From: a virus
Direction: 5' to 3' (one strand)
Length of the DNA: 64,000 bases
Virus record (IMG/VR): IMGVR_UViG_3300008450_000013
Span: 22,811 to 86,810 of that record
In this document: positions 36,151-46,103 of the stretch, in pieces
How positions within the stretch are numbered: the stretch's first letter is position 1
Layout of the letters: each line of letters starts with the position of its first letter
Translations under genes and position numbers: made by a program
The notes under the pieces: generated by a model
The model's database searches: none
What the model was told of the DNA's origin: nothing
What the model saw: the letters and a program-made list of their open reading frames with translations, nothing else

Positions 36151-37926
36151 TTATTGACACGATTCACAAGACTCTGGAACTTCAACTGTTTCATTTTCAT
36201 CCAAACCTTCGCGTTTGCCAATCAAGTAATACAAACTCTTAATGTATGGGTCTTTAAAAGCCATTTGATGAATCTTAGAAATATACTCCTCATTGTGTCT
36301 CTTGTCAACAAACAGATTTAAACTAATACCTTGATCTATGCGACGCTGAATCATTGACACTAAGCGAAGAATACTCTCTTGAGGAAGTTCAAATCCAGTT
36401 TTAAACACAGCCTTCTCTTTATCGGTCAACCAACTTACACGTTGAACACTGCCCTTTGCTTTCTCAACATCTGAGATACACTTCTCAATATCTAATCCCT
36501 TACTCTTAATAAGAGCTAACAGTACAGGAGACACACGAGCAACTTCACCCCCTGCTGTAGATTGAGTGTAACTGAAAGCTACGTCTGCAGCAACACCCTC
36601 ACCAATCCCTCCATAAATAGCTGCTGTACTCTTTGTAGGAGCTATACAACGTAAATGGGTATTACGAATACCAAGACCTTCACACCACTCTGGTTCACCT
36701 TCATGTACTGCAAGCATCTTAGAAGCCTTTAGAGTTTCATCTTCAATTGCAGTAAACAGTTCTTTTGCCAATTGATAGGCTTCAACAGACTCGTAAGGTA
36801 ACATCTCTTGTTGGAACAATGTAGACAACCCACCGCAACCCAAACCAATTGGACGACCTTTAATGGCTCCTCGCACAGCTTTCTCAAGTCCACTAATCTT
36901 ACTCGCTTCTTCAATAAAATAAGAGTTCACACAATCTAGTAATACGGTAGCTACAAATACAGCGTCTGTATCTTTCCACAACATGTACTTACTTGCATTC
37001 ATCCAACCGAGAGTGCAGATGTAGGTGTGATCTTCGTCTGAATGTAGCATCACTTCCGTACAAAGCTGAGTGGAAGAAACATTTAAGTTATTCTTCTCGT
37101 ATGCAGCTCCTTTTAGTCGGTTAGCTTTATCGGGGAAGTAGTAATAGCCTTTTCCAACCGTACTCTTCACATGCATAGACTTTGCAAATCGCTTCTGAGC
37201 TTCCTTATTACCATGGTCAAGCTTCTCAATAAACTTATCATTGACCTTCCAACCAACATTCAACTTGTCTGGATTGTAGTAGAGGTAGTCAGCAACCTCG
37301 TGGAAATCTTTATGGTGAATATCCATGTAAGATGCACAAGCCCCTCGTCTCGAACTTCCTTGAGATACGTCTGTAGTTACACTGTCCATCAACTTCATTA
37401 CAGGAAGAACACCTGTAGCTACACCACCACCTTTGAAGTGACTGCCTCGGTGACGAATGTTACTCACATCTACAGCAGTTCCAAACCCTGCTTTAGTGAG
37501 CAATGCTACTTCTCGTGCAGCGGTGTAAAAGCCATCAACACTATCTTCAATCATGATACCACCAGAACAACTCACAGGGAGTCCACGATCTGTTCCAGTA
37601 TTTGCTAATAGCGGAGTAGAGCAAGCAAAGTAACCTTTCCACATGATATCAAAGAACTTCTCTTCCCAATACTGACTTACTTCATTGCGGTTATGAAAAG
37701 CTTCTTTATTGTCATCAACAGGACTAATCATGAATGGTGCATACGCTGCCAATGTTTTTGCAATACGTTTGAACTGTTCTTTAGGATTGGCTGCTTGGTA
37801 CAAATACTTCTTGTAAAACAATTGCACACCTGCTGTAGCCATCCACTCAGGGATTGTTCCGTCAATGTGTCCTTGCTTACGAATGTTTGAATAATCTTCG
37901 TAATTTAGTTCTTTCTTTTTACTCAT
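36151..37926 (-). CDS. nrdA: ribonucleotide reductase class I, alpha subunit
   Basis: STPLLAN, PVSC, SQGSSRRGA, QLCTE, RPIGLG, IAPT, SLYY and C-terminal CESC. Confidence 0.93.
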   Translation of the reverse strand: MSKKKELNYEDYSNIRKQGHIDGTIPEWMATAGVQLFYKKYLYQAANPKEQFKRIAKTLAAYAPFMISPVDDNKEAFHNRNEVSQYWEEKFFDIMWKGYFACSTPLLANTGTDRGLPVSCSGGIMIEDSVDGFYTAAREVALLTKAGFGTAVDVSNIRHRGSHFKGGGVATGVLPVMKLMDSVTTDVSQGSSRRGACASYMDIHHKDFHEVADYLYYNPDKLNVGWKVNDKFIEKLDHGNKEAQKRFAKSMHVKSTVGKGYYYFPDKANRLKGAAYEKNNLNVSSTQLCTEVMLHSDEDHTYICTLGWMNASKYMLWKDTDAVFVATVLLDCVNSYFIEEASKISGLEKAVRGAIKGRPIGLGCGGLSTLFQQEMLPYESVEAYQLAKELFTAIEDETLKASKMLAVHEGEPEWCEGLGIRNTHLRCIAPTKSTAAIYGGIGEGVAADVAFSYTQSTAGGEVARVSPVLLALIKSKGLDIEKCISDVEKAKGSVQRVSWLTDKEKAVFKTGFELPQESILRLVSMIQRRIDQGISLNLFVDKRHNEEYISKIHQMAFKDPYIKSLYYLIGKREGLDENETVEVPESCESCQ

Positions 37927-38918
37927 TGCACTTTCTCCTCAATCTTCCAACCAAACTTATTCTCTGTAAAGCGTGAACTGTACTCTCGTCCGAGGGTGTT
38001 AAAGAAATCATTGGCTACATACCCTTTGATCTTATCTCCAAACCATTTTTCAACAGGGTTCTCAATCTCCGCAATATCAAAGATAGGGTCAATACCGAAG
38101 TTATTTAGGCAGTAGTTCAAACGAGACTTGATAAACACTTTAAACTGTTCTTTCGTGATACCTCGTAAAACACCCTTCTCATGGAACTTCTCAATGATTG
38201 CATCTTCGTGTTCGTATAATCTAACTGCTGCTTCTTGAATCTTAGAGAACAATTCTGCTTTGACTTCCTTACCTAATTTTGATTCTTTCAAGTCCTGATT
38301 GAATAAGTAAGCTCCTGCTTCATGGTGAAGGTTTTCGTCTAACGCAGATTGGTTAATTCCTGCGCCAAAGTTAACTAGTAGATTATGTCCGTTACTATTA
38401 AATGATTTGAACAACGCAAAGCTACTAAATAAAATTGCACCCTCCATCATACTAAATACAGCTAGTGCCAATCTATCATCATCTGAATCAATAAAACTAT
38501 TCAAGTAATCCATGCGGGAACTCAGAATAGGGTCTTCAATGTAACTCTCCCAAAACTCATCTGTATCCAAACCGAGTTGTGTATTCAATGCTTGGTAGAA
38601 CGGACTATGAACTGCCAACTCTACCATGCCAAATGTTGCTGATAAACGCTCTACTTCTGGGCGTGGAAACATATTCATCACTCGATTCATCCAGAACTCG
38701 TTACCAACAAAGCTCTCATACTTAACAAACAATTTAGCTGCAGTTAAGACAGCATGTTTTTCAGCTTCTGTGAGTTCTGTTAAGAATTGGTGCTTATCTT
38801 TTTCTACTTGAATTTCTTTCCAACGCCAGTAAAATTCATTCAGTTGTAAGTCTGCAAACTCTACAAGCTTAGGATATTTAATTGTAAAGCTATTTGTAGG
38901 TTCTCGTAATTTTGTCAT
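37923..38918 (-). CDS. nrdB: ribonucleotide reductase class I, beta subunit
   Basis: ELAVHSPFY, EGAILFSSF, DENLH and DFF motifs. Confidence 0.92.
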   Translation of the reverse strand: MTKLREPTNSFTIKYPKLVEFADLQLNEFYWRWKEIQVEKDKHQFLTELTEAEKHAVLTAAKLFVKYESFVGNEFWMNRVMNMFPRPEVERLSATFGMVELAVHSPFYQALNTQLGLDTDEFWESYIEDPILSSRMDYLNSFIDSDDDRLALAVFSMMEGAILFSSFALFKSFNSNGHNLLVNFGAGINQSALDENLHHEAGAYLFNQDLKESKLGKEVKAELFSKIQEAAVRLYEHEDAIIEKFHEKGVLRGITKEQFKVFIKSRLNYCLNNFGIDPIFDIAEIENPVEKWFGDKIKGYVANDFFNTLGREYSSRFTENKFGWKIEEKVQ

Positions 38919-38936
38919 ATTTCCCTTTCTAATTAT

Positions 38937-38983
38937 TTTCAGAGTCGAACAGATATTCTACCACCCAACTCTGAAATTTGCAA
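38937..38983 (-). promoter_or_regulatory. nrdBA promoter with -10 inside an inverted repeat
   Basis: TTGCAA-17-TAGAAT; TTTCAGAGT/ACTCTGAAA. Confidence 0.65.
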
Positions 38984-39144
38984 CTGTGGTTTGTTAAAGC
39001 ACAAACTGTCATGCACATACAACAATATACCCATCTTGTGTAACATGTAACGTAGCTTCAGGGTGTTCTTCCAACACACTAACTAACGTCTTTATGATGT
39101 TAGCAACCTTCGCACCTGAATTGCAATAGTATATTTGTTTGTGA

Positions 39145-39681
39145 TTATTGTTTTCCATTCACACCCTCCTGCCATTCGTAGAAGCTTTTCACTCCTCCAT
39201 TAGCTCCTGTATAAGTTCCTCGGATGTCGTACACAAGTTTGTTAAGTAGATTGATTTGATCTTCGACTTCCTTATAGTCTGGCTCAAACAAACTGTCATA
39301 TTCCCTATCACTGTCAGCATCCTCTTCTGCATTCTTGCCATAAGCAAAGCTACCCCCTGATAATTTTTGCATTTCTTGATGCAAACTAACATCTTTAGAT
39401 AAATGACAAAGAGTAAGAAGTTCTGGTGTACAAGCTATACTGTCACGGAAAGACTTATCACTTCTCAAGTCTCCACTTAAAACATATCCAACTACGACCT
39501 TACCCAAAATGTTCTTATGCTTCGCTGCAAAATAATGATAGCCACTTGTGACATCAAGACCTACTGTTCTTGCTTGATTCAACACTCGTTCATCGTTTTT
39601 AATTTGAATTAGTTCTACTTCATTCATCTCTTTAAATTCATCTACTTTCAGAATGTCTGATACGCTAAGTGAAAACATCAA
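39145..39681 (-). CDS. hypothetical protein
   Basis: 178-aa ORF coupled to its neighbour. Confidence 0.75.
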   Translation of the reverse strand: MMFSLSVSDILKVDEFKEMNEVELIQIKNDERVLNQARTVGLDVTSGYHYFAAKHKNILGKVVVGYVLSGDLRSDKSFRDSIACTPELLTLCHLSKDVSLHQEMQKLSGGSFAYGKNAEEDADSDREYDSLFEPDYKEVEDQINLLNKLVYDIRGTYTGANGGVKSFYEWQEGVNGKQ

Positions 39682-40262
39682 ACACCTCCAGCTAAGAATC
39701 CTACCACTTCAAATCCTTTGAGATTAACAGGAACAAAGTTGGTTGGTTTGCGAATCTTTCCAGTCTCAATATCTTTGAATACCCAAACTCCAAACCGATC
39801 ATCAGAATGTTTAGTGGTATTTGGTGGTTGGACGTCGTGTTTTACTTTAGCTACTACTCTCCCTTGTTCTGGAGTATGCGATACAGTGTATTCAATTGGT
39901 GGAAACTTCTGTAAGTTATTTTCATTCACCTTCTTCAAAGCGCCTGCCACATCGAAGCCAGCGCATTCAAGCTTCTGCACAAGTCCTGACACTGTTACGA
40001 ACAAGTCACAGGCTGCATCTAACACCTCTACATTTGGGTCGTAGTCATCTAAGTTTTCATCCTCGTAAGCAGTCCATTCACTTCGCGGAGTTAGTCCACG
40101 TTCTACTGCGTCAACACCCTCTACCAACTCTTCATAGATAAAACCCAACTGATTGTCAATGCTCTCTGGAGTTACACTGTCTAAATTTCCAGCTATCGAG
40201 TTAAATAGCTTCACATTCTTGTAAGCTTCTTGAATTGTATCTTCCATTGTATTGTAGCTCAT
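39678..40262 (-). CDS. MazG-like / PRA-PH NTP pyrophosphohydrolase
   Basis: IYEELVE, EVLDAACDL, VNENNLQK and GKIRKP motifs. Confidence 0.82.
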   Translation of the reverse strand: MSYNTMEDTIQEAYKNVKLFNSIAGNLDSVTPESIDNQLGFIYEELVEGVDAVERGLTPRSEWTAYEDENLDDYDPNVEVLDAACDLFVTVSGLVQKLECAGFDVAGALKKVNENNLQKFPPIEYTVSHTPEQGRVVAKVKHDVQPPNTTKHSDDRFGVWVFKDIETGKIRKPTNFVPVNLKGFEVVGFLAGGV

Positions 40263-40263
40263 A

Positions 40264-40776
40264 TTATTCTTCCTTTTCTGTAATTTCTTCTACATTAATC
40301 ACTTGCACATTATCTACGCACCAATTATCACCCTCTTGTTCGACAAATCGCATAAGCGTATCAACAGCTCCAAGTGATGTGTCTTCATAGTGTACGTCTA
40401 TTGTGCAGCTTACTCTAAAAGTTTTATTCATTTGTTTTCTCTCCTCATAAATACTACTGATTATCTCTATCCAACTACCTTGTTTATCATCTACAAGTAC
40501 ACCTGAGAAGTAATCTGTATTATACTCATCCTCAATTTTAAATTGGTATATCTTAGACCCTCTTATAAAATGACTTGGAAATAATTCACTATGGATATTT
40601 ATAAATCCGTTATTTACTCCTCCCATTACTTTTTGGATAGGAGGATACTGTCTTTCATTTTCTCCAACCACAAAATTACTTGTAATCAAATCATATTCTA
40701 AAGTTTTGTACTCATTAATATCTACAGGGTGTTTTTCTGAGAAAGCCGCTGATATATTCATAATTATTTCTCCCAA
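40264..40776 (-). CDS. hypothetical protein (may be two fused small ORFs)
   Basis: Internal AGGAG RBS before MNKTFRV. Confidence 0.55.
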   Translation of the reverse strand: MGEIIMNISAAFSEKHPVDINEYKTLEYDLITSNFVVGENERQYPPIQKVMGGVNNGFINIHSELFPSHFIRGSKIYQFKIEDEYNTDYFSGVLVDDKQGSWIEIISSIYEERKQMNKTFRVSCTIDVHYEDTSLGAVDTLMRFVEQEGDNWCVDNVQVINVEEITEKEE

Positions 40777-40988
40777 CGAATGTCTATTCCAAACTTATTT
40801 GAAAAACTAACAGCATCATGTTCATTGTAAAACTCGCAGATTCTGTTTGCGTTGTCATCATATAAGCACCCAATAAATCTAATCTCATTGTTGTTTGGTA
40901 ATAGTACAACAACAGCTCTTGCGTAAATATTTATCACCATAACACCTCCTTGTCCACCAATGTTGGACGTTATGTTTTGTTGGACAGA

Positions 40989-41792
40989 TTAAAACACACA
41001 TTCACAAGGTTTAGCATCTTCTTCATTCTCTATAGCTTTAAACTCACGTTTAACTCTGGCAAAGAATGTAACACCTTTCTCGTGCTCTGTAGTCTTAAAT
41101 CCCATTTGTTTCATCTTCTCAAAGTCCTGCTCTACTTCATCTAAGTACCAATCTTTGTGAATACTGTATCCTATCACATCTTCAGCTAGTTTAGCCTTCT
41201 CCCAAATATCAGGTCTTGTGCAGTAAACAATATACCAGTGTTGCTTACCAGCTTTCAAACACCCTGTACAATTAGCATGTTTGAAATCTCCGTAAGTGTT
41301 TGGAGGCTCAATTCCGACTTCTCTTGTACTCAATATTGTTCGTTGCCAAAATGCTAGAGGGTAATCAGACTTGTAGCCCATCTCAGATAATATGCCAACT
41401 CTACGCTGAATACGTACTTTCTCTTCTGCATCAAATCCATAGTATAATACTACAGATGATTTATCTTCAAAAGTATCTAACCAAGCATGGAAAGGAGCTG
41501 TCTTTAAACGATTAGTACAAAGTTCTGTGCCTCTACCCACTTTGAAAGCCTTGGCGTCCATAACAACATCAAACTGGTCTTTAAGATTCCATTGAGGGTG
41601 ATTCACATAAGTAATGTCAAGACCTAAGTGGGAGGCAACTTCCCTCTTGAACCGTTTGATGTCTTCCGCTTCAACACTAGGGTGAATGTCATGGTTGACC
41701 AGAATAACATTCTCTTTACCAAACTTACGAACAACTTCTATTGCCACCAAAGCTGAAGAATGCCCTCCAGAATAACATACTATGTGTTTCAT
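40989..41792 (-). CDS. PAPS-reductase-like (PP-loop) protein
   Basis: YSGGHSS PP-loop, CTNRLK, YPL, HANCTGC and C-terminal CEC. Confidence 0.82.
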   Translation of the reverse strand: MKHIVCYSGGHSSALVAIEVVRKFGKENVILVNHDIHPSVEAEDIKRFKREVASHLGLDITYVNHPQWNLKDQFDVVMDAKAFKVGRGTELCTNRLKTAPFHAWLDTFEDKSSVVLYYGFDAEEKVRIQRRVGILSEMGYKSDYPLAFWQRTILSTREVGIEPPNTYGDFKHANCTGCLKAGKQHWYIVYCTRPDIWEKAKLAEDVIGYSIHKDWYLDEVEQDFEKMKQMGFKTTEHEKGVTFFARVKREFKAIENEEDAKPCECVF

Positions 41793-41800
41793 AACACCTC

Positions 41801-42118
41801 CTAAAAACTAAAGTTAAAATTTCCCATGTGCTGTCGCATTTGCTCATGTAATTGCTCTTGAGCGATACAAGCATCATACAGTGTTTGGTGCTGTAAGTCT
41901 AGGCTTTTCAAGTATTCCAACAAATCTGGCTCCCTCTTGTATGCATAAGCTACGCCATAATGATACTGTGTACAACCTACAGAATATCCTTTGTCATCGA
42001 AGAGAGCTGTCTTGTCTGCAAGAACTCCTACGTTCCCTTGTGGAGTTACTGATACCATTCCATTCTCGTAAAGTGTTAGTAGGATGTTTCTGAATAAAGG
42101 GATTGTTATATAGACCAT
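41801..42118 (-). CDS. hypothetical protein
   Basis: AAGGAG RBS. Confidence 0.65.
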   Translation of the reverse strand: MVYITIPLFRNILLTLYENGMVSVTPQGNVGVLADKTALFDDKGYSVGCTQYHYGVAYAYKREPDLLEYLKSLDLQHQTLYDACIAQEQLHEQMRQHMGNFNFSF

Positions 42119-42696
42119 AATTGCTCCTTTCCGTGTCTATCTGTGTAACCAAAACCTTTCGTATTTAGCTCTGCAATCATCTTTTGTCTAAGGATAATCG
42201 AGTTTCTAAATGCAGTCATTACACCGAGTTTCTTTATTGAAAATGCTTTGTTATGCCTGCCTTCTTCATCAAACCAAGTTACCACATAATACCATCTGCC
42301 TGTGCCATATTGACAAAGGGATACTCCTGTAATTCCTGTTGTGTTATTAGATTGCTTAATAATATTTCTCATATTCTCAGATTGTGACACAATTCTGAGG
42401 TTACTTATCCTATTATCATACCTATTACCGTTGATGTGATCCACTTGTTTATTACCCACATTATGCCCAAACATTTCAAGAATTAATCTATGAGCTTGTT
42501 TCTTTTTACCATTTAATCTGACAACATAATATCCATACACATTTAACCCTCCTGCTGGTGTATGTGCCGCAGCAGATACTACACTATACCCAACCCCTGT
42601 CCTTTTATCTACTTTGTGCATTAAGCAACTAGGACTTGTTTCATCGTAGTAGAACATATCCGCTGCTGAACTATTTTTAAGCTCACTTCTATTCAT
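42106..42696 (-). mobile_element. free-standing HNH homing endonuclease with AP2-like C-terminus
   Basis: AHRLI...VDHINGNRYDNRISNLR...N; NTTGITGV. Confidence 0.88.
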
Positions 42697-43586
42697 AACG
42701 GCATAGCCTCCAAGACAGGAACCCCATCAATAATTAAACTAGTTCCAATGATAGGTCGATGTAAGTTAACATTGTTATACGCAAACGCATAGCTTTCATC
42801 ATCAATCAAACAACCAGAATTCATTGCAAAATACAGTCCATTAGGATTAGCCCAATACTTAATCCCAAAGTCCTCGTGAAAGTGTCCACATACAAAGCTC
42901 ATCCCCATAGACTGAGATACTTTCAAAGCATCTTTAGTTTTACCGTGATGAACATATACTTTCTGCCCATCTGGTAAGTCAATCACTAAGTCATTGTGCC
43001 ATTTCCAACCAGCGCCAACTCCTAGCACTTCATTATAGCTACGAATGTATTGACGTGGGATACCATGATGCTTAGACTTTCTCCAAATCATACTGCCATG
43101 ATTCGAGTCGATGATATCCATCACAGGGAACATATCATGTAGAGCTGCAATCACTGGAAGTGCTGCTCTAAGCTCGTCCCCTGCACTCATCAAATCAGGG
43201 TCACTGTCGTGAAATGATAGAGCATGTTTGTCCGTCTCATCACCTAAACAAATTACTCGTGTTGGATTATAACGATCTTTCAGCATCTGCAGGAAGTTTA
43301 ACAAATTAGGATGATGATATGGGATGTGCATGTCAGACAAGAACAAAATACGAGAATTGTCATGTTCTGGCTCTTCAGCATCTTTCACATAAAAATCCAC
43401 TAACGGACTCTGTGGAAACATTTCATCGGCTTTATCTACAGCCATCTCAGAATAATATCGTGAGAAGAAATCTCGCAACGTAGTCCGAGGTACACCAACC
43501 ATTTCTGCAATTTTAGTAGTAGATAGTGTTGGGTGGTTGTTCTTAATTGTAATTGCAAATGCTTGCCATTCTTTATTACTAATCAT
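42693..43586 (-). CDS. calcineurin-like metallophosphoesterase with N-terminal HTH
   Basis: SDMHIP, GDETD, SNH, HHG and GHFH motifs; IAEMVGVPRTTLRD HTH. Confidence 0.88.
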   Translation of the reverse strand: MISNKEWQAFAITIKNNHPTLSTTKIAEMVGVPRTTLRDFFSRYYSEMAVDKADEMFPQSPLVDFYVKDAEEPEHDNSRILFLSDMHIPYHHPNLLNFLQMLKDRYNPTRVICLGDETDKHALSFHDSDPDLMSAGDELRAALPVIAALHDMFPVMDIIDSNHGSMIWRKSKHHGIPRQYIRSYNEVLGVGAGWKWHNDLVIDLPDGQKVYVHHGKTKDALKVSQSMGMSFVCGHFHEDFGIKYWANPNGLYFAMNSGCLIDDESYAFAYNNVNLHRPIIGTSLIIDGVPVLEAMPL

Positions 43587-43725
43587 GTATTCTCCTTTAT
43601 CTTTTGAATCACTAAATACAAACCTTCTGTTGCTGTGGAAAGCCTCTTTGCAATAATTTTAAATTGCTCATACACTTGCTTATCTTCCTCTGTAGCATCC
43701 TCTTTTGTGTAACGCTCTGGAATGT

Positions 43726-43971
43726 TCATACATACTCCTCAAACCAATCTTTAGCAACCCAGACTTCGCAATCATAGTCACTGAGTATAAAATAAGCATA
43801 GACAGATTCTTCTAATACAAAGTAAGCTTTGTTGAAAGTGAGGAAGTCTTTTCCTCCTGTTACTTTACAAATAACTCTACTACTCATCTGCTTTCTCCTC
43901 AATAACCTCAAAACGTCCCTTGTTCCAATAGTTCGTATTGGCATCCACCATATAACTATCTTCACGCTCAT
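43726..43971 (-). CDS. small hypothetical protein (true start probably at MSSRVICK)
   Basis: LTFNKAY...DWFE pattern resembles 53408..53719. Confidence 0.5.
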   Translation of the reverse strand: MSVKIVIWWMPIRTIGTRDVLRLLRRKQMSSRVICKVTGGKDFLTFNKAYFVLEESVYAYFILSDYDCEVWVAKDWFEEYV

Positions 43972-44043
43972 CTAACACCTTATACACCATTCCATCTTTG
44001 AGATAAGGTTCTGCTTGCTCACTGTCTATGCATTTTACGAACA

Positions 44044-44265
44044 TTAGGCTTCTCCTTTCATCTTAAAATCATAAGCAGCTTGTAATGCTAAGATGAGCTT
44101 AGGAATGTCTTCGTAGTAAATCTCACTTAGTTCGGCACCGTTATCGTAAAGCAGATCAACACAGTCTAGCTTTGTGTCTGCACTAACGTACTCTACGTTA
44201 TTATCTCTAGATGTGTAAGCAAACTGCTCAAAAGATTTACCTAAAGTTGTATCAACAAATATCAT
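44044..44265 (-). CDS. hypothetical protein
   Basis: AAGGAG RBS. Confidence 0.65.
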   Translation of the reverse strand: MIFVDTTLGKSFEQFAYTSRDNNVEYVSADTKLDCVDLLYDNGAELSEIYYEDIPKLILALQAAYDFKMKGEA

Positions 44266-44266
44266 A

Positions 44267-44797
44267 TTAACTCACTCCTTTTAAAATTGAACGAACAGCA
44301 GCTTTCCTATTTGCTTCGTTATTGACATTATATTCTTCGTGCCAATCATAGTCAAGGATAAACTGAACAATATCATCTTTATTTTCATTCTTGAAGATAG
44401 CTATCAATTCCTTCTCTAATGTAGCTTCCTCTTCTGTCACACCATGCTTGAACATGTATGTTTTAATATCGTGGCATGTGTGGCAGAGAATGTCAAGTCC
44501 ATCTTTCTCGCAGAACAGCCGTTGCATAAACCCTTGCACATCTTCCCAACAACTCAACACACCACATTCTTCACGATGGTCTACAGCAACTTGTTTCGCA
44601 GAGAACAATCCCTTACATTTAGCACACTCGTAGCACACTTTCTGTCTAGGATTGTCTCCAACGTAAGGTCGTTTAGCTGCTGCTAGGGCTGCATATATGG
44701 GAGGGTGACGTTGTGAAATCTTTCGTAAAGAGCTTCTGAGCCATACAAAGAAGTTTACAGGCTTTTTAGCTTTCTTCATTCCAACCACCTTTCTCAT
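44267..44797 (-). CDS. zinc-binding HNH endonuclease
   Basis: CAKC...VDH...LCHTCH..KT. Confidence 0.8.
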   Translation of the reverse strand: MRKVVGMKKAKKPVNFFVWLRSSLRKISQRHPPIYAALAAAKRPYVGDNPRQKVCYECAKCKGLFSAKQVAVDHREECGVLSCWEDVQGFMQRLFCEKDGLDILCHTCHDIKTYMFKHGVTEEEATLEKELIAIFKNENKDDIVQFILDYDWHEEYNVNNEANRKAAVRSILKGVS

Positions 44798-44953
44798 AAC
44801 TACTCATACAAGCTTTGTCAATAAGCCACAAGCTCTTAGGAACCTCCACAGAAATACCAGCATTCCATTCCTCTTCCATTGCACAGCTCCCCATAGCACG
44901 ACGTTTAGCAGACTCTTCAAATAGCATCCAAGCTGGTAGGCAGTTGTTCCAGC

Positions 44954-45925
44954 TCATTGTTGTTTCCAATCAATTCCTAAGTTGTTTAAGAGCTTCTCTG
45001 TGCTGAACACATCATCTTCTGACCTTAGCATGTGTGCACAACTCGCGTACAAATCCATAATCTCTATCAAGCTCTTAGATTGTTCAATTCCTTGCCAATC
45101 TGTGTACACAATAGGTTCTTTAGGATACCAAGTTTTGTATTGTTTGTAAACAGCTTCTACAGCTTCTTTATCTGTTTTACAGTCTTTCAACAGATTGTAC
45201 ATCGACACAACACCAAACTTCTTTCCAGCTATTTCACATGGTTTAAATGCATCAATCGCATCTCCCAAAACCCACTGAGCATAATAAAAAACTCTACCAT
45301 ATCCATCGAAGTCTTTGTTATCTTTAACCAGCCTAATCTCTCCAAAACCTTTTACAAGAAACGGCTCAGATTGCTTAGTCCAATTATACATCCAGCCAGC
45401 AACACCATTTTGGTCTCCGTCAATTGTGCAAGCAATTGTCTTAATTCCTTGAGCTAACCCTTCCGCACAGCGTTGAGCCAGCTTATCATCAACCTCACGC
45501 CCATTAACAACTTCAGCTTTCTTTTTGAGTTCCAAATAATCCCTACACTCTTTCAACTGCAAGGGTTTGGTACTGCTTCGTCCACTCTTGTACTTTGTCG
45601 GAAGAGGGAGCTTATCACGGAAGTTATCAACACCACTCAAGTATATCTCAACTTCATCTGCTTTACAAGATTTCTTTAAAGCTTCAATAGTAGTGTTTAT
45701 AGCGTGAAATGCATGAGAAATATCTTCTGGTGTTTGTACATCTACAATATCAAACTCTTCAATACTAAAAGAATCTTTTATTTGTTCTTTCAAGCTTGTC
45801 CTGTGTGGACATATAATCTCTTGTCCTGTTGTTTTATGTGTTGCCTTGATACTTCGAGTTTCGTTTGCAGCGGAACACCTGAATGCCAAAATGTCTCCAT
45901 CAATGATTGATATTGTCTTAGTCAT
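44954..45925 (-). CDS. 5'-3' exonuclease (T7 gp6 / FEN-like)
   Basis: IIDGDIL, NFR...YK..R..KP, EVDD, GDAID motifs. Confidence 0.88.
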   Translation of the reverse strand: MTKTISIIDGDILAFRCSAANETRSIKATHKTTGQEIICPHRTSLKEQIKDSFSIEEFDIVDVQTPEDISHAFHAINTTIEALKKSCKADEVEIYLSGVDNFRDKLPLPTKYKSGRSSTKPLQLKECRDYLELKKKAEVVNGREVDDKLAQRCAEGLAQGIKTIACTIDGDQNGVAGWMYNWTKQSEPFLVKGFGEIRLVKDNKDFDGYGRVFYYAQWVLGDAIDAFKPCEIAGKKFGVVSMYNLLKDCKTDKEAVEAVYKQYKTWYPKEPIVYTDWQGIEQSKSLIEIMDLYASCAHMLRSEDDVFSTEKLLNNLGIDWKQQ

Positions 45926-45926
45926 A

Positions 45927-46103
45927 TCAATACCCCTCATTCACTTTGATTGTCATTCCCTCTTCCTCAAGCTGTTCTTTGAAGTCGTTTCTTTTGTACC
46001 AAGGAGTATCTGGAGTGAAATCTTCTTCATGCCCTACGTGGTATTTGTATACGTATTTCCAGTAAGCTTGATATAAGCTCTCAAATTCATCTTCTTTACT
46101 CAT
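45927..46103 (-). CDS. hypothetical protein (58 aa)
   Basis: Manual translation MSKEDEFESLYQAYW...; fills the gap between neighbours. Confidence 0.55.
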   Translation of the reverse strand: MSKEDEFESLYQAYWKYVYKYHVGHEEDFTPDTPWYKRNDFKEQLEEEGMTIKVNEGY

